From a virus (Duplodnaviria; Caudoviricetes): a stretch of 24,949 nucleotides of DNA. Within the stretch, counting starts at the first letter, position 1; every line of letters starts with the position of its first letter. A program made the position numbers and the translations under genes. The notes beneath the pieces are model-generated. The model searched no databases. It saw nothing but the letters and a program-made list of their open reading frames with translations, and was not told the origin of the DNA. This document shows positions 23,565 to 24,949 of this stretch, one piece after another. The stretch covers positions 1 through 24,949 of IMG/VR virus record IMGVR_UViG_3300046103_003027. One strand, 5' to 3'.

Positions 23565-24628
23565 CCGAATAATCCTGCTTTATTGGCCGCCGCTGCGGTA
23601 GAGCCGACAGCCGTCAAGCCGCCGACAAGTTGCTGGAAGGGTGACGCCGTCGGGGTAGAAGCCCCCGTCAGGCTCATCTGCGTAGTGGGCGCACCTTTGT
23701 ATATGTCACTCAGGAAGCCAAGACGCTGGTACGGCTCGTACGCTTCTTCGATCTGACTGCGGCGTTCCGCGTCGAGAGTCATCTGGTTCAGCATACGGTC
23801 ACGCTCGCCAAGATCAAAGCCAAACTGCGTTTCCCCCTGATTAAGCTTCTGCTGCGTTTCGCCAAGGGCCGCCTGACGGATACCGAGATTACTGAGAGCC
23901 TCGCCCTGTGCGATACCAAGCTGACCAAGCGTCTGGCCCCCCTGTACACCGAGCTGACCAAGTGCCTGACCACCTTGTACACCGAGGGAACCTATGCCTT
24001 GGCCCGCGGCTATCTGGCGCTGGCGCTCTGCCGCTGCCTGCTGGGAAGCCTGACCAAAGTTAGCCGCCTGCGCCTGTGCAAGAGCCGTGGCGCGATTGCG
24101 GTTAATCTCCTGTAGGGCAACCGCGCCCCGTGATCCGCCAAAAGCGCCCTGATCGGTAGCCTGACCGGCAGTGTTATTTAAAGATATGTCGTAAGAGCGG
24201 TTAATTTCATCCGAGATCGATTGCTGAAACGGATTCATAAAACCAGCAAGCTGTTCCGCGGTAAAGCCCTGTGCGCCTTGGCCCATCAAGGCCTGACCGC
24301 TGCCAACGCCTTGGCTCATCAAGGCCTGACCACTACCAACGCCCCCTGTTATGTAGGGGCTTGCCGTCTGATACGCACCCTGAACCGGCAGCGCCGCCTG
24401 CCCCATTAGCTGGGAGCCTTCCGCTAGGTAAGGTTCAAAACCTCCAATACCTGCTTCGCCCCGGCGCTGCGATACCCTCTGAAGGTCCGTAAGCCCCGCG
24501 ACCTGATAGTCTGCAAGGTCAACAGGTCTAGCCGAGAGTTCTTGCGCGTCCCGGAGGAGCGCAATTTTAATGGCTTCAATATCCGGGGCTTCGCGGACGA
24601 CCTGTTCTGTGATTGTGGGTTCAGCCAT
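23561..24628 (-). CDS. Putative DNA pilot/ejection protein (355 aa, Gln/Gly/Ala-rich)
   Basis: FMNPFQQ..GAFGGSR motif, 11-aa GxQGGQxLGQL repeats, hydrophobic Gly/Ala C-terminus, as seen in podovirus DNA-transfer proteins. Confidence 0.8.
   Translation of the reverse strand: MAEPTITEQVVREAPDIEAIKIALLRDAQELSARPVDLADYQVAGLTDLQRVSQRRGEAGIGGFEPYLAEGSQLMGQAALPVQGAYQTASPYITGGVGSGQALMSQGVGSGQALMGQGAQGFTAEQLAGFMNPFQQSISDEINRSYDISLNNTAGQATDQGAFGGSRGAVALQEINRNRATALAQAQAANFGQASQQAAAERQRQIAAGQGIGSLGVQGGQALGQLGVQGGQTLGQLGIAQGEALSNLGIRQAALGETQQKLNQGETQFGFDLGERDRMLNQMTLDAERRSQIEEAYEPYQRLGFLSDIYKGAPTTQMSLTGASTPTASPFQQLVGGLTAVGSTAAAANKAGLFG
24274..24343. repeat. 33-bp tandem duplication (GVGSGQALMxQ)
   Basis: CGCCTTGGCYCATCAAGGCCTGACCRCTRCCAA x2. 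Confidence 0.9.
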
Positions 24629-24948
24629 TAGGCCATCCTTCTTCCGCGAGCCTCAAGGTTTCGCATAACCGAATACATATTGTTTATTCCCCCTCTAAGA
24701 CTTCCGTCGGGGCTCGCTCCGCGGACCGCGTTTGTCGTAAAGATGAACTCGCCCGGCATAACGCGGGCATTGACACTGTCTTCCCCGGGTATTCCCTCGT
24801 TGGGCATTATACCCCCCGTGCGGCGCGGAAACACCCCTCCGCCTGCCTCGGCGAACATTTCCGGGAACCGTCGGCGGAGGTCTTCATTAATTGCAGGGTT
24901 GACGCGTGTTTGCCTGTTGGCAAACGTAAGGGGCTTCAACGCGTCGGG
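24628..24948 (-). CDS. C-terminal part of a virion-associated protein (5' end outside the window)
   Basis: Frame is open to the window edge. EGIPGEDSVNARVMPGEFIFTTNAVR resembles the G.G...SDS..A.LS.GEFV motif of phage tail/tape-measure-like proteins. Confidence 0.85.
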   Translation of the reverse strand, partial: PDALKPLTFANRQTRVNPAINEDLRRRFPEMFAEAGGGVFPRRTGGIMPNEGIPGEDSVNARVMPGEFIFTTNAVRGASPDGSLRGGINNMYSVMRNLEARGRRMA

Positions 24949-24949
24949 G

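Noticed and set aside
6077-24492. Numerous opposite-strand ORFs nested in the long genes (e.g. 6797-7552, 9250-9939, 21108-21677)
   Set aside because: Antisense shadows expected in GC-rich coding DNA; Ser/Arg-rich with no motifs.

Overview
A ~25 kb segment of a tailed dsDNA phage genome (roughly 55-58% GC by eye), most likely a podovirus-like phage of an aquatic proteobacterium. The gene set and order resemble marine HTVC023P/CRP-345-like phages; this is inferred from architecture, not from a search. From left to right: (1) a ~500 bp non-coding, iteron-rich, strand-skewed region (candidate origin or terminus); (2) minus-strand small early/accessory genes (XRE HTH, Zn-ribbon proteins, DUF3310, SleB-type hydrolase, ribbon-helix-helix regulator), interrupted by a plus-strand two-gene cassette encoding a secreted Cys-rich protein; (3) a replication module (Leu762-type family A DNA polymerase, UvrD-like helicase, primase-like protein, SSB-like protein, and a divergently transcribed SNF2 helicase); (4) an M15 peptidase endolysin and large low-complexity putative internal-virion/ejection proteins running off the right edge. 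No integrase, capsid, terminase, tRNA or CRISPR array is visible. The most striking unannotated signal is a ~90-nt ORF-less unit (4912-5001, minus) with a near-consensus sigma70 promoter and its own terminator. Its middle hairpin is complementary to the ribosome-binding sites of several of the phage's own early and replication genes, making it a candidate phage sRNA regulator. Other signals are 10-bp-phased boxes in four promoters, interlocked divergent promoters, a second structured RNA candidate, and short peptide motifs reused within and across the virion proteins.
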